Source: an uncultured delta proteobacterium (lineage in GTDB: Bacteria; Myxococcota_A; Polyangia; Fen-1088). Taken from it: DNA of 64,000 nucleotides. Positions 36,236 through 45,612 of this stretch are shown one piece after another. The stretch is from positions 1-64,000 of the forward strand of contig CAWCMR010000007.1 in the NCBI GenBank assembly GCA_963796685.1, read 5' to 3'. How positions within the stretch are numbered: position 1 is the first letter of the stretch; each line of letters begins with the position of its first letter. Made by a program: the position numbers and the translations under genes. The notes beneath the pieces were generated by a model that was not told where the DNA came from, searched no databases, and saw only the letters and a list, made by a program, of their open reading frames with translations.

Positions 36236-37720
36236 ATGGCTTCATTCTCCTTGCCCAGAATCGTCGTCGCTGGCCTGGCCGGCGGCGCCGGCAAGACGCT
36301 GGTGTCCGCGGGGCTGATGCGCGTTTTGCGCCGGCGCGGGCTGCGCGTGGCGGCCTTCAAGAAGGGGCCGGACTACATCGATCCGGCGTGGCTCGGTGCC
36401 GCAGCGGGGAGCGAGGCGCGGAGCCTCGATACCTTTTTGATGTCCGATGAAGCCATCGTCGCCTCGCTTGAAGAGGCGGGCGAGTCAGACATGGCCGTCA
36501 TCGAAGGCAACCGCGGAGTCTTCGATGGCGTCGACGCGGTGGGGACGCACTCGACGGCGGAGTTGGCCAAGCGCATTCGCGCCCCGCTCGTGCTGGTGGT
36601 GGACGTCAGCAAGTCCACGCGGACCGTCGCGGCGCTCGTGCTCGGGTGCCAGGCGCTCGATCCCGAGCTGCCCTTGGCCGGCATCGTGCTCAATCGGGTC
36701 GGAACCTCCCGGCAAGAGCGGGTCATTCGCGAGGCCATCGAGCTTGCCACGAGGGTGCCGGTCTTGGGCGCGCTTCCCAGGCTGGCCTTCGACCACCTGC
36801 CCTCGCGCCATCTCGGCCTGGTGATGCCGGGCGAGCGCGACGATCGCGAGCGCGCCATCGACTCCATCGCCGACGCGGTCGAGCGCGGCGTCGAGGTGGA
36901 GGCCATGCGCAACCTGGCAGCCCAGGCCGCCGACCTCCCCTCGTCGCTGTCTGCTCGGATTCTTTCGCCAATCCCCAGGCAGCAGGTGCGCATCGGCATC
37001 CTTCAAGACAGCGCCTTCTCGTTCTACTATCCCGAGAATCTCGCGGCGCTCGAAGCGCAAGGCGCGCAGCTCGTGCCCATCTCGCCCCTGCAAGATGTCG
37101 AGCTGCCCGCCATCGACGCCCTCTACGCGGGCGGTGGGTACCCGGAAGAGCACGCCGCCGAGCTGGCCGGCAATACCCGGTTTCGTCTGGCCCTTGCGGC
37201 CAGGATTGCGGCGGGACTTCCGGTGTGGGCCGAGTGCGGAGGGCTCATGTATCTGTCCTCGGCCATCGTCTGCAACGGCGGGCGCCATGCGATGGTGGGC
37301 GCCCTTCCCATCGAGATCGAGCAGACCGGGCGCCCCCAGGCGCACGGGTACGTCGAGGCGACGGTGGACAGCGCGAATCCCTTTCTCGCCTGCGGCACGC
37401 GGCTGCGTGGACACGAATTCCACTACTCGCGGGCGTCGAGCGGGAGCGACCCGGTCAGGACGGTCTTGTCGTTGCAGACCGGAACCGGCCTGGGCGCCGG
37501 CCGAGACGGCATCGTGGTCGGGCGTGTGCTCGCAAGCTATCTGCACCTCTTTGCGCCCGGTGCACCCGAGTGGGCACCGGGCTTGGTTCGCGCGGCTCGG
37601 GTGGCGCGGATCGAAGCGGGCCGGAATCAACCCAAGACAGGAGACGACCGTGGCATTCATGACAGTACAAGACACGCAGATCGAAATCGACGAGGACGGG
37701 TTCATTCAGGAGCCTGCTAA
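36236..37720 (+). CDS. dsrN: DsrN siroheme amidase (CbiA/CobB family)
   Basis: GGAGKT; KKGPDYIDP; PSRHLGLV; AFSFYYPEN; AECGGLMYL; GHEFHYS. Confidence 0.9.
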   Translation: MASFSLPRIVVAGLAGGAGKTLVSAGLMRVLRRRGLRVAAFKKGPDYIDPAWLGAAAGSEARSLDTFLMSDEAIVASLEEAGESDMAVIEGNRGVFDGVDAVGTHSTAELAKRIRAPLVLVVDVSKSTRTVAALVLGCQALDPELPLAGIVLNRVGTSRQERVIREAIELATRVPVLGALPRLAFDHLPSRHLGLVMPGERDDRERAIDSIADAVERGVEVEAMRNLAAQAADLPSSLSARILSPIPRQQVRIGILQDSAFSFYYPENLAALEAQGAQLVPISPLQDVELPAIDALYAGGGYPEEHAAELAGNTRFRLALAARIAAGLPVWAECGGLMYLSSAIVCNGGRHAMVGALPIEIEQTGRPQAHGYVEATVDSANPFLACGTRLRGHEFHYSRASSGSDPVRTVLSLQTGTGLGAGRDGIVVGRVLASYLHLFAPGAPEWAPGLVRAARVARIEAGRNQPKTGDDRGIHDSTRHADRNRRGRVHSGAC

Positions 37721-37967
37721 GTGGAACGAACGCGTGGCCGCCGCCTTGGCGGAGACGGAAGGTGTCACGGAGCTGGGTGAGAGACACTGGCTGCTCATTC
37801 GTTACCTGCGCGACCACTATCAGAAGTTCGGCATCGCCCCGATGATCCGCAAGATGTGCAAGGAGGTCGGAATGAAGCTCAATGAGGTCTACGAGCTCTT
37901 TCCCTCAGGTCCGGCCAAGGGCGCGTGCAAGGCCGCGGGATTGCCCAAGCCGACCGGCTGCGTGTGA
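37650..37967 (+). CDS. dsrC: DsrC sulfur carrier
   Basis: DEDGFI; ELFPSGPAKGACKAAGLPKPTGCV with both C-terminal Cys; AGGAG RBS before GTG 37650. Confidence 0.96.
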   Translation: MAFMTVQDTQIEIDEDGFIQEPAKWNERVAAALAETEGVTELGERHWLLIRYLRDHYQKFGIAPMIRKMCKEVGMKLNEVYELFPSGPAKGACKAAGLPKPTGCV

Positions 37968-39022
37968 GGGCTTCCTTGCGCCAAGCGGGGCGACCCACGA
38001 CTCTGCACCTCGGCGCCGCTCTGGGCGCGCTGGCGGTGGCCTGTGGGGTGCCCGCGTTGGCGTCCGGGCTGCTCGGCGCGCGCGGCTGGCTGGGCGTGGC
38101 CCTCGTGCTGGCGGTTGCGCCTGCAGTGTCGCTCGCACTTTTCGTCTGGAAGGTCGCGCGCTGGGGGCGAGCGCCTGTGCCGTTTCGCATCCCAATCATC
38201 GTGGGCCAGCAAAGGGGGGTGGCCGCCATTGCGCACAGTCGGACCGGCAGCCCGTGCTCGGTGGCCGAGGTGGTGCTGCGCGTGCTGCTCGACGTGCTGC
38301 TGATGCGGCCGCTGTTTCGGGCCACGCCCACGGCACCCTCGCTGGGGCCCGGGCTCGGCCACGGCATGGCCCGATCGCTGTGGCTGGCCGCCGCCATCTT
38401 TCACCTCTCGCTTGCCGTGGTCGTGCTCCGGCACCTTCGTCTGTTCCTGGAACCGGTCCCCGGTTTCGTCGCCGTCCTCGAACGCTTCGATGTCGCGACC
38501 GAGATGGTGTTGCCCAAGCTCCACGTGTCGAGCGTGCTCCTTCCGCTCGCCCTGGCTTTTCTGCTCGGGCGCCGTTTGCTGCTCGTCCGCATTCGCGCCC
38601 TCTCCTTGGCCGCGGACTATTTTCCACTGTTGCTCTTGCTCGCCATCGCTTGCACCGGCCTCGTGCTGAGACACGTGGTTCGAACTGATGTGCTTGCCTT
38701 GAAGCAAGTGACGGTGGGACTGGCCAATTGGGCCCTGGTTTTGCCATCCCAGGCAGATCCGTGGCTCTTCGTGCACGTTTTCCTGGTGGGGCTCCTCTTG
38801 GTCTACTTCCCGCTTGGCAAATTGATGCACATGCCGGGCGCGCTGATGAGCCCGACCCTGACCATGGCCAACAGCAATCGCGAGAGACGCCACCTCAACG
38901 CGCGCAATCCCGAGGTCGCGACCTTGCACTACGCCGACTACGAGGCGGTCTTTCGCGAGCGCATGCTCGAAGCCGGCCTGCCGGTCGAAGGGGCGTCGGA
39001 AACCACGCCCGGGGAAAAGTAG
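37964..39022 (+). CDS. dsrM: DsrM diheme cytochrome b membrane subunit (start uncertain)
   Basis: PVPFRIP..GQQ; FHLS..VVLRHLRLFLEPVP; DYFPL; YFPLGKLMHM; PT..MANSNR..RH.N. Confidence 0.87.
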   Translation: MRASLRQAGRPTTLHLGAALGALAVACGVPALASGLLGARGWLGVALVLAVAPAVSLALFVWKVARWGRAPVPFRIPIIVGQQRGVAAIAHSRTGSPCSVAEVVLRVLLDVLLMRPLFRATPTAPSLGPGLGHGMARSLWLAAAIFHLSLAVVVLRHLRLFLEPVPGFVAVLERFDVATEMVLPKLHVSSVLLPLALAFLLGRRLLLVRIRALSLAADYFPLLLLLAIACTGLVLRHVVRTDVLALKQVTVGLANWALVLPSQADPWLFVHVFLVGLLLVYFPLGKLMHMPGALMSPTLTMANSNRERRHLNARNPEVATLHYADYEAVFRERMLEAGLPVEGASETTPGEK

Positions 39023-39023
39023 G

Positions 39024-40649
39024 ATGGCGTCGCCACGAAAACCCGACCAGCCCGACTATTACGACCGGACGGTCCTCGAACGCGTCGACTACGCCCCTCC
39101 CCGCGGCCCGTGGGCGCGTGCACCCGTATCGTTCCAGCCGGGCGGGTTCCTCTATCCCGCCAAGGCCAAGAATCTGGAAAGTCTCGGGCTCGCCAACGCC
39201 CACGCGTGGTCGCCGCTCGATGAGGATTGGAAGCTGCCCGAGAATTGGCAACAGATCGTGCTCGATGGGCTGCGCGAACGCCTCGAGGGCTCGCGTACGC
39301 TGCGCATCTTCATGGAGACGTGCGTTCGCTGCGGGGCGTGCGCGGAGAAGTGTCCCTTCTATCTCGGTAGCGGGGATCCGAGGAACATGCCGGTGGCGCG
39401 CGCCGAGCTGATTCGGTCCATCTACCGCAAGTACTTCACGGTGTCGGGACGGGCCCTGGGCGAGATCGCGGGCGCGCGCGAGCTGACCGAGGATGTCATC
39501 AAGGAGTGGTTCAAGTATTTCTTCCAGTGCACCGAGTGCCGTCGCTGCGCGGTGTTTTGTCCCTACGGCATCGACACCGCCGAATTCACCATGCTGGGGC
39601 GCGACCTGCTGCTGCGCCTGGGGCTCTCGGCCAATTGGGTGATGGAGCCCGTGGCCAATTGCTATCGCACCGGCAATCACCTCGGCATCCAGCCCCAGGG
39701 CATCAAGGACTCGCTCGAGTTCCTGGCTGACGAGCTGGCGGAGGTGACCGGGGTTCGCGTGGACGTTCCCATCAATCGCAAGGGCGCCGACATTCTGTTC
39801 GTCACGCCGTCCGGGGATTTGATGGCGGATCCGGGGACCTACACCGCCATGGGGTACCTGGCGCTCTTTCACGAGATCGGCCTCAACTACACCTTCAGCA
39901 CCTACGCCTCGGAGGGCGGCAACTTCGGACTCTTCGCTTCGCCCGAGCTGATGAAGCGACTGAACGCGAAGATCTATGCCGAGGCCAAACGCCTGGGCGT
40001 GAAGTGGATCCTGGGCGGTGAGTGCGGCCACATGTGGCGCGTGGTTCACCAATACATGGACACCATGAACGGGCCGGCGGACTTTCTCGAAGTGCCGACC
40101 TCGCCCATCACCGGCACGCGCTTCGAGCACGCGCGCGGAACCAAGATGGTGCACATCGCGGAATTCACCGCCGACCTGATCGCGCACAGCCGGCTGAAAT
40201 TGGATCCATCCAGAAACGCGGCCATCCGAGCCACGTTTCACGACTCGTGCAATACCGCCCGCGGCATGGGGCTGCTGGAAGAGCCGCGGGTGGTGTTGCG
40301 GAGCGTGTGTCGCGAGTTCCACGAGATGCCCGAGGACACCATTCGCGAGCGAACTCTGTGTTGCGGCGGCGGCGCGGGCCTGGGCGCCGACGAGAACATG
40401 GGGGTGCGCCTGCGCGCGGGCATGGGGCGAGGCAAGGCGGTGGCGCACGTCCGGGACAGTCACGCGGTCAACACGCTGGTCACCATCTGCGCCATCGATC
40501 GGGCCACCTTGACCACGGTCTGCGACTTCTGGGCCGAAGGGGTTCGCGTGGCCGGCCTACACGAGCTGGTAGCCAACGCCCTGGTCATGAAGGGGGAGAA
40601 ACCGCGCACGGAGAACCTGCGGCACGAGCCCCTCGGAGGGGTGCCCTAG
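39024..40649 (+). CDS. dsrK: DsrK (HdrD-like)
   Basis: CVRCGAC.EKC; CTECRRCAVFCPYGIDT; GECGHMWR; HDSCN; CCGGGAG; ICAID. Confidence 0.95.
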   Translation: MASPRKPDQPDYYDRTVLERVDYAPPRGPWARAPVSFQPGGFLYPAKAKNLESLGLANAHAWSPLDEDWKLPENWQQIVLDGLRERLEGSRTLRIFMETCVRCGACAEKCPFYLGSGDPRNMPVARAELIRSIYRKYFTVSGRALGEIAGARELTEDVIKEWFKYFFQCTECRRCAVFCPYGIDTAEFTMLGRDLLLRLGLSANWVMEPVANCYRTGNHLGIQPQGIKDSLEFLADELAEVTGVRVDVPINRKGADILFVTPSGDLMADPGTYTAMGYLALFHEIGLNYTFSTYASEGGNFGLFASPELMKRLNAKIYAEAKRLGVKWILGGECGHMWRVVHQYMDTMNGPADFLEVPTSPITGTRFEHARGTKMVHIAEFTADLIAHSRLKLDPSRNAAIRATFHDSCNTARGMGLLEEPRVVLRSVCREFHEMPEDTIRERTLCCGGGAGLGADENMGVRLRAGMGRGKAVAHVRDSHAVNTLVTICAIDRATLTTVCDFWAEGVRVAGLHELVANALVMKGEKPRTENLRHEPLGGVP

Positions 40650-40651
40650 CT

Positions 40652-41032
40652 ATGGCGGATGGGGGCAGAATCGTCGGCGGTCTCGCGATCCTGGTCGCTG
40701 TCACGGCCGGTCCTCTGTGGCTGGGAGCGGCCCGTGGTGTGAAGAGCGAACCCTTGCCCAGGGCCACGGGGGCGGACGTTTGCATCGAGCCGCCCGAGCA
40801 GATGCGTCGCGATCATCCGGCGCTGCTGGCGCGTTGGCGCGAACGTGCGGTCCGTCTCGGTGAGCGCACGTACCACGGAGGCGATGGGCGCGACGTGCGC
40901 ATGAGTCTCACCGGCACGTGCCTGGGTTGCCACGGCAAGGCCAGCGCATTCTGCGACCGATGTCACGTGCAAGCCGCGGTCACGCTGTCGTGCTGGGGAT
41001 GTCACGCCCAGCCCGCGAAGAACGCGCCGTAA
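40652..41032 (+). CDS. dsrJ: DsrJ triheme cytochrome c
   Basis: CIEP..MR.DH; MSLT.TCLGCH, FCDRCH, CWGCH; follows dsrK. Confidence 0.88.
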   Translation: MADGGRIVGGLAILVAVTAGPLWLGAARGVKSEPLPRATGADVCIEPPEQMRRDHPALLARWRERAVRLGERTYHGGDGRDVRMSLTGTCLGCHGKASAFCDRCHVQAAVTLSCWGCHAQPAKNAP

Positions 41033-41174
41033 GCCAACTCTCGCTCTCCATCTTGACTCTTGACATCATATGCCGCCCACGTACACTCCTTGCGTCTGCG
41101 GAGTTGACTCGTGTAGCCCAATCGATCTGGATGCTTTTGCTGGGATGCTTTTTGGGCCGGGAGGAGGTCGCGGG

Positions 41175-41873
41175 ATGAGCAGCAAAATGGACGAAGTGTT
41201 CACTGTACCCCCGAGGGATACGGGGGTGGACCTTGACAAGGTGCCGGGCATCTCGATGCGCGTTCTATTCGTCGGAAAGGATTGTGCGGGCTCCGAGGCA
41301 TTCCTGGGCGTGTTGGCCATGTTCGGGATCGAGGTGACCGTAGCCCAAACTGTCTCACGTGCGCGCCGAATTCTGAAAGAAGAGGGCGACAGCTTCGATT
41401 CGGTATTGCTGGATTTGAAACTCCCCGACGGCAGAGGCGAGGACCTATTGCCCCAGATCGAATCCTTGTCGCAGCAGCCAGGCCTCGTCATCTTGAGCGA
41501 CTTCCTGGACGAGCTGCGACCCGAGGCGATTTCGTGCCGGACGGTGCTGGTCCCGAAGACGATTGCTCCGCCCGCACTCGCGGCAATCTTGCGGGGGGTG
41601 GTGCGAGGACACGTCCACACCACCTTTAGCCGCTTTGCCGAGCATTTCAAATTGAGCCCCAGGGAATCGAAGGTCCTCGATCGGGTGGTGAGCGGCGATA
41701 CTCCGAAGCGGATTGCCTTGGACAGCGGTTGCTCGATTCAGGCCGTCTATGCGCACCTGGCGAAGGCCAGCACCAAGACAGGGTGCACGTGCTACCAGGA
41801 AGTGCTGGCGAAGCTGTTTCGATTTTCCTGTCACCAGCCAGGAACCGGCTCTTCGAACCTGGAGGCCAAATAG
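41175..41873 (+). CDS. Response regulator (REC plus LuxR-type HTH)
   Basis: LLDLKLPDGRG; LSPRESKVL...TPKRIA; GGAGG RBS. Confidence 0.75.
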   Translation: MSSKMDEVFTVPPRDTGVDLDKVPGISMRVLFVGKDCAGSEAFLGVLAMFGIEVTVAQTVSRARRILKEEGDSFDSVLLDLKLPDGRGEDLLPQIESLSQQPGLVILSDFLDELRPEAISCRTVLVPKTIAPPALAAILRGVVRGHVHTTFSRFAEHFKLSPRESKVLDRVVSGDTPKRIALDSGCSIQAVYAHLAKASTKTGCTCYQEVLAKLFRFSCHQPGTGSSNLEAK

Positions 41874-41935
41874 TCCGCATCGGTTGGGAACGGAGCCTGA
41901 CATCGACCGACAAAGTCTTGGGTTCGCGCCCTTGA

Positions 41936-43552
41936 ATGATCTGGGGCCGGGTCGTATATGTCCCCGCCATGGGAGTCTGGGAAGCAGAGCGATGGATCTC
42001 GAGACATGGCAGGATCGCCCCGATCCGAGGGGCTTGCGCGATGATCCTGCTGGCCGCCACGTTCGGGCACGGCACGGCGCAGGCAGAGCCCAAGTATGCC
42101 CGAGACGGCGAGTTCAACCACGACACGGTCATAGCGTTGGCCCGCGACCTGGCACGATCGCCCTTCACACCGCCGAAGGCAGAGCTGCCGGCCTCGCTGC
42201 AAAGTCTTGATTACGATCAGTACCGGGACATTCGCTTTCGGCCCGAAGAAGCCATCTGGGCCAAAGACGCAGGCAGTTTCTTTCGCTTGCAGCTCCTTTG
42301 TCGCGGCTGGCTCTTCGAAGACCCAGTCGAGATCGCGATCGTGACCGATGGCCAAGCCCGGCACGTGGCCTATCGTCCCGAGCTGTTTTCGACCGGAAAA
42401 GTCATGAAGGCCCACTTGCCTTCCGGCGATATCGGCTTCTCCGGTTTCAGGGCACTCTTTCCCATCAATCACCCGACCGTCTTCGACGAGATAGCGGTCT
42501 TCCAGGGGGCAAGCTACTTTCGCTCGCTCGGTCGCAACCAAGTCTACGGGCTCTCTGCTCGTGGCCTCGCGATCAAGACCGGCGACTCTGCCGGCGAGGA
42601 GTTCCCCGCCTTCCGTGCCTTCTGGATCGAGCGGCCAACACGTGGGGGCCAGGCATTGGTCGTCCACGCCCTGCTCGACAGCCCCAGCACCACCGGGGCC
42701 TACCGGTTCACCATTCGCCCCGGCTTCAGCACCGTCATGGACGTGGAGGTGGTGCTCTTTCCACGCACGAAGATCGACGAGATCGGGTTGGCCCCGGCGA
42801 GCAGCATGTTCATGTTCTCGGCCAACGGCCGCCGCGATGTCGACGACTACCGGCCGCAGGTTCACGACTCCGACGGACTTCTGATTATCAACGGCAATGA
42901 CGAACACTTGTGGCGGCCGTTGGCCAACCCGAAGGACTTGCAGGTGAGCATGTTCGAGGATCGATCTCCCGAAGGATTCGGTCTGATGCAGCGGGATCGC
43001 GACCTCGCGACCTACCAGGACTTCGAAGCGCACTACGAAAGACGCCCGAGTCTGTGGGTCGAGCCGAAGAGCGACTTCGGTCAGGGCGCGGTGGTGCTCA
43101 CCGAGATTCCCACGAACGCAGAGATTCACGACAACATCGTGGCCTTTTGGCGTCCCCACACGCCGCTCGCGGCCGATTCGGAGTATCGCTACGCCTATCG
43201 TTTGTACTGGAACGAAGGTCCGAAGGCCGAGCGCGATCGCGCCCGCGTGCTTGCCACGCGACGCGGGCGCGCCGACCCCCTTGCCCCCACGCCCGTGCGG
43301 CGCTTCGTCATCGATTATGCGAAGGCTCCGGGTGAGACGCGGTCAGAGCACGCTCTGCCCACGGCGAAGGTGACGACCTCCAAAGGCGTGATTGGGAACG
43401 TCGTGGTGTCCGATAATCCGCTGACGCAAGGGTATCGGGTCAGCTTCACCCTGGATCCCAAGCAGTCGCAGCTTTGCGAGCTACGCGTCGAGCTGGCCTT
43501 CAAGGACAAGCGTCGCGCCGAAACTTGGGTGTACCGATGGACGAAGCCGTGA
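41936..43552 (+). CDS. opgG: Glucan biosynthesis protein G/D family (start probably further downstream)
   Basis: YDQYRDIRF; FQGASYFR; YGLSARGLAI; EEFP.F..FW; RPQVHDSDGL; HDNIVAFW; ETWVYRW. Confidence 0.9.
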   Translation: MIWGRVVYVPAMGVWEAERWISRHGRIAPIRGACAMILLAATFGHGTAQAEPKYARDGEFNHDTVIALARDLARSPFTPPKAELPASLQSLDYDQYRDIRFRPEEAIWAKDAGSFFRLQLLCRGWLFEDPVEIAIVTDGQARHVAYRPELFSTGKVMKAHLPSGDIGFSGFRALFPINHPTVFDEIAVFQGASYFRSLGRNQVYGLSARGLAIKTGDSAGEEFPAFRAFWIERPTRGGQALVVHALLDSPSTTGAYRFTIRPGFSTVMDVEVVLFPRTKIDEIGLAPASSMFMFSANGRRDVDDYRPQVHDSDGLLIINGNDEHLWRPLANPKDLQVSMFEDRSPEGFGLMQRDRDLATYQDFEAHYERRPSLWVEPKSDFGQGAVVLTEIPTNAEIHDNIVAFWRPHTPLAADSEYRYAYRLYWNEGPKAERDRARVLATRRGRADPLAPTPVRRFVIDYAKAPGETRSEHALPTAKVTTSKGVIGNVVVSDNPLTQGYRVSFTLDPKQSQLCELRVELAFKDKRRAETWVYRWTKP

Positions 43553-43588
43553 GCCCGGTCGGATGACGAATGGTCGTGTAGCGCGATT

Positions 43589-45292
43589 TCATGGTGTCGG
43601 CTGAGCCTGGTCGGGCTCGAACGGGTCGACGCCGCTCGGTTCCTTGGCGGGTACAGGCTTCTTCGCTGCCGGAACCTCGGATTCGAACGGGTCCGCGTAG
43701 TCCGGTTTCCGTGGGGCTGCCTTCTTCGTGGCCGGCGTGTCGGGCTGGAACGGGTCGACGACGCCGGGGCGTTCCGTCGCCCTGAGGTTCTTGACGGGCA
43801 GGGGCGCCCTTTTGTGGTCACCGTGGCTAGGAGCCCTTGTTCTCGATGAAGGCGGCTCGTCGCTCGGGTGCCTGCCGAATGTTGGAACAGGCCCCACCTC
43901 CTTCTCCTCGACATGGACGATCGGCGCGGGTTCCGGGGCAGAGGCTTGCGCGGGGACCGGCTCGGGCAATGTGCGCACGATCGGGAGGTACTGCACCTCG
44001 TGTGCAGGGCTTGCCGTGGTTACGACCTTGTGCGGGCGGAGCGCGACGACCGCAGCAGCGAGGATCACGCCCGCGGCAATCGCCGCGATGGCCACCGGCC
44101 TGTACCAGCTGGTGGAAAGCCCCTTCTCGAGGGCATTCTCGAGGTCATCGGGGCCTGTCGACGACAGCACCCGCACCTCGAACGTCGATGCGTTCGACGT
44201 CGGCCCTCCCTCGGAAGCGCCCGCCATCGGGGGCATCCCGGGCCGAGACCGGCCGGGTCGCGCCACCTGTGGATCGCCGTACCCCAGCGTCGCTCGTCGC
44301 TCGGTACCCGGGGCCATCCCGGCAAGCGCGGGAGCCGGGCTCAGGTGCGGCGCGCACACGGCAATGGGCGGTGGGGTCGCCTCGACGGGCTCTCCCCTCG
44401 CCGCCGATTCGAGCGCACGCGAGAATTCCTTGATCGTCGGGTACCTGTCGGCGATCTGCTTGGATAGGGCTCGCCGCAAGATCGGCTCGATGGTGGCTGG
44501 CAGCTCCGGGGCCCGAGCGGACAGTGCATGAGGATCCGTGTTGATGATGCGATAGAAGACGGCGGCGATGTCATCCGCGACAAACGGAGAATAGCCCGAC
44601 AGCATCTCCCACGCGATGCAGGCCAGCGCCCACTGATCCACGCGATGATCGATATCCTCGACAAAGCCGTTGATCTGTTCGGGCGACATGTATTCGGGGG
44701 TGCCCATCACGGCAGTCGCTCGCGTGAGCTTGGTGCGCCCCGCCTTGATCTTCGAGATGCCGAAGTCGAGCACCTTCACGAAGTCCGCCTCGTCCGGCAC
44801 CTTGACCAAAAACACGTTGGCGGGTTTGAGATCGCGGTGGACGATGCCCTCGGTGTGCGCGGCGCCCAGGGCCGAGGCGATCTGTCTGGTGATGGCGACG
44901 GCCGCATCGAGGGACAGGCGTCCATCCCGCCGGAGGCGGCGCTCGAGGTCTTCGCCGTCCAGGTACTCCATCACGAGGTACGGCTTGCCGTCATCGGTCG
45001 TCCCGAAATCCAGGACGTTCACGAGGTTGGGATGCCCGAGCCGCGACGTGATCTCGGCTTCGCGATGAAAGCGCGCCAGCGCCTCGGGATTTGCCGCTAG
45101 CTCGCGCGCCATCAGCTTGACGACGACGCGTTTGTTCAGGCGAAGATGGCGCGCCTCGTAGACCCAGCCCATGCCGCCCTCGGCGAGCAGGCTCGCGATC
45201 TTGTAGGCACCTCCGAGCACAGCCCCGACCATCTTTCGCGGTTGGACAGCAGGATGCACGGTACTGGCCCTCATGGCTGCCTCATGGCCCAC
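43589..45292 (-). CDS. Ser/Thr protein kinase with TM helix and Pro-rich tail
   Basis: AEGGMGWVY; HRDLKPAN; DFG; GTPEYMSPEQ. Confidence 0.95.
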   Translation of the reverse strand: MGHEAAMRASTVHPAVQPRKMVGAVLGGAYKIASLLAEGGMGWVYEARHLRLNKRVVVKLMARELAANPEALARFHREAEITSRLGHPNLVNVLDFGTTDDGKPYLVMEYLDGEDLERRLRRDGRLSLDAAVAITRQIASALGAAHTEGIVHRDLKPANVFLVKVPDEADFVKVLDFGISKIKAGRTKLTRATAVMGTPEYMSPEQINGFVEDIDHRVDQWALACIAWEMLSGYSPFVADDIAAVFYRIINTDPHALSARAPELPATIEPILRRALSKQIADRYPTIKEFSRALESAARGEPVEATPPPIAVCAPHLSPAPALAGMAPGTERRATLGYGDPQVARPGRSRPGMPPMAGASEGGPTSNASTFEVRVLSSTGPDDLENALEKGLSTSWYRPVAIAAIAAGVILAAAVVALRPHKVVTTASPAHEVQYLPIVRTLPEPVPAQASAPEPAPIVHVEEKEVGPVPTFGRHPSDEPPSSRTRAPSHGDHKRAPLPVKNLRATERPGVVDPFQPDTPATKKAAPRKPDYADPFESEVPAAKKPVPAKEPSGVDPFEPDQAQPTP

Positions 45293-45612
45293 CCTCAGGC
45301 AGCCAACCCCTCGCTATGATTCCCGCGATACCCCATGGCGACACAGACTATGAACGCGCAAAGAAGATAGCACCATTCATTTGCGTAGGACAACTCAGAC
45401 CAGTCATGGAAGCAGCGAGCCGGCGCCGGTGGCCACAACCAAGGGGGCGGGATGCGCTCTCACTGCGCTTGGGCTCTCGCGCCTGCACGACGCTGCGGTT
45501 CAACAGCGGCGTGGTGTAGTTGGCGACCCATGCAGTCATGCGGTCTCGATGGCAACGGACTTCGCGCATGCTAGGCTGCGCTTAGAGGGATCGCTTCATC
45601 CGAAGGTGCTTC

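Noticed and set aside
36236-37720. Cobalamin biosynthesis gene cbiA/cobB
   Set aside because: Position between dsrL and dsrC with no cob genes nearby indicates DsrN.
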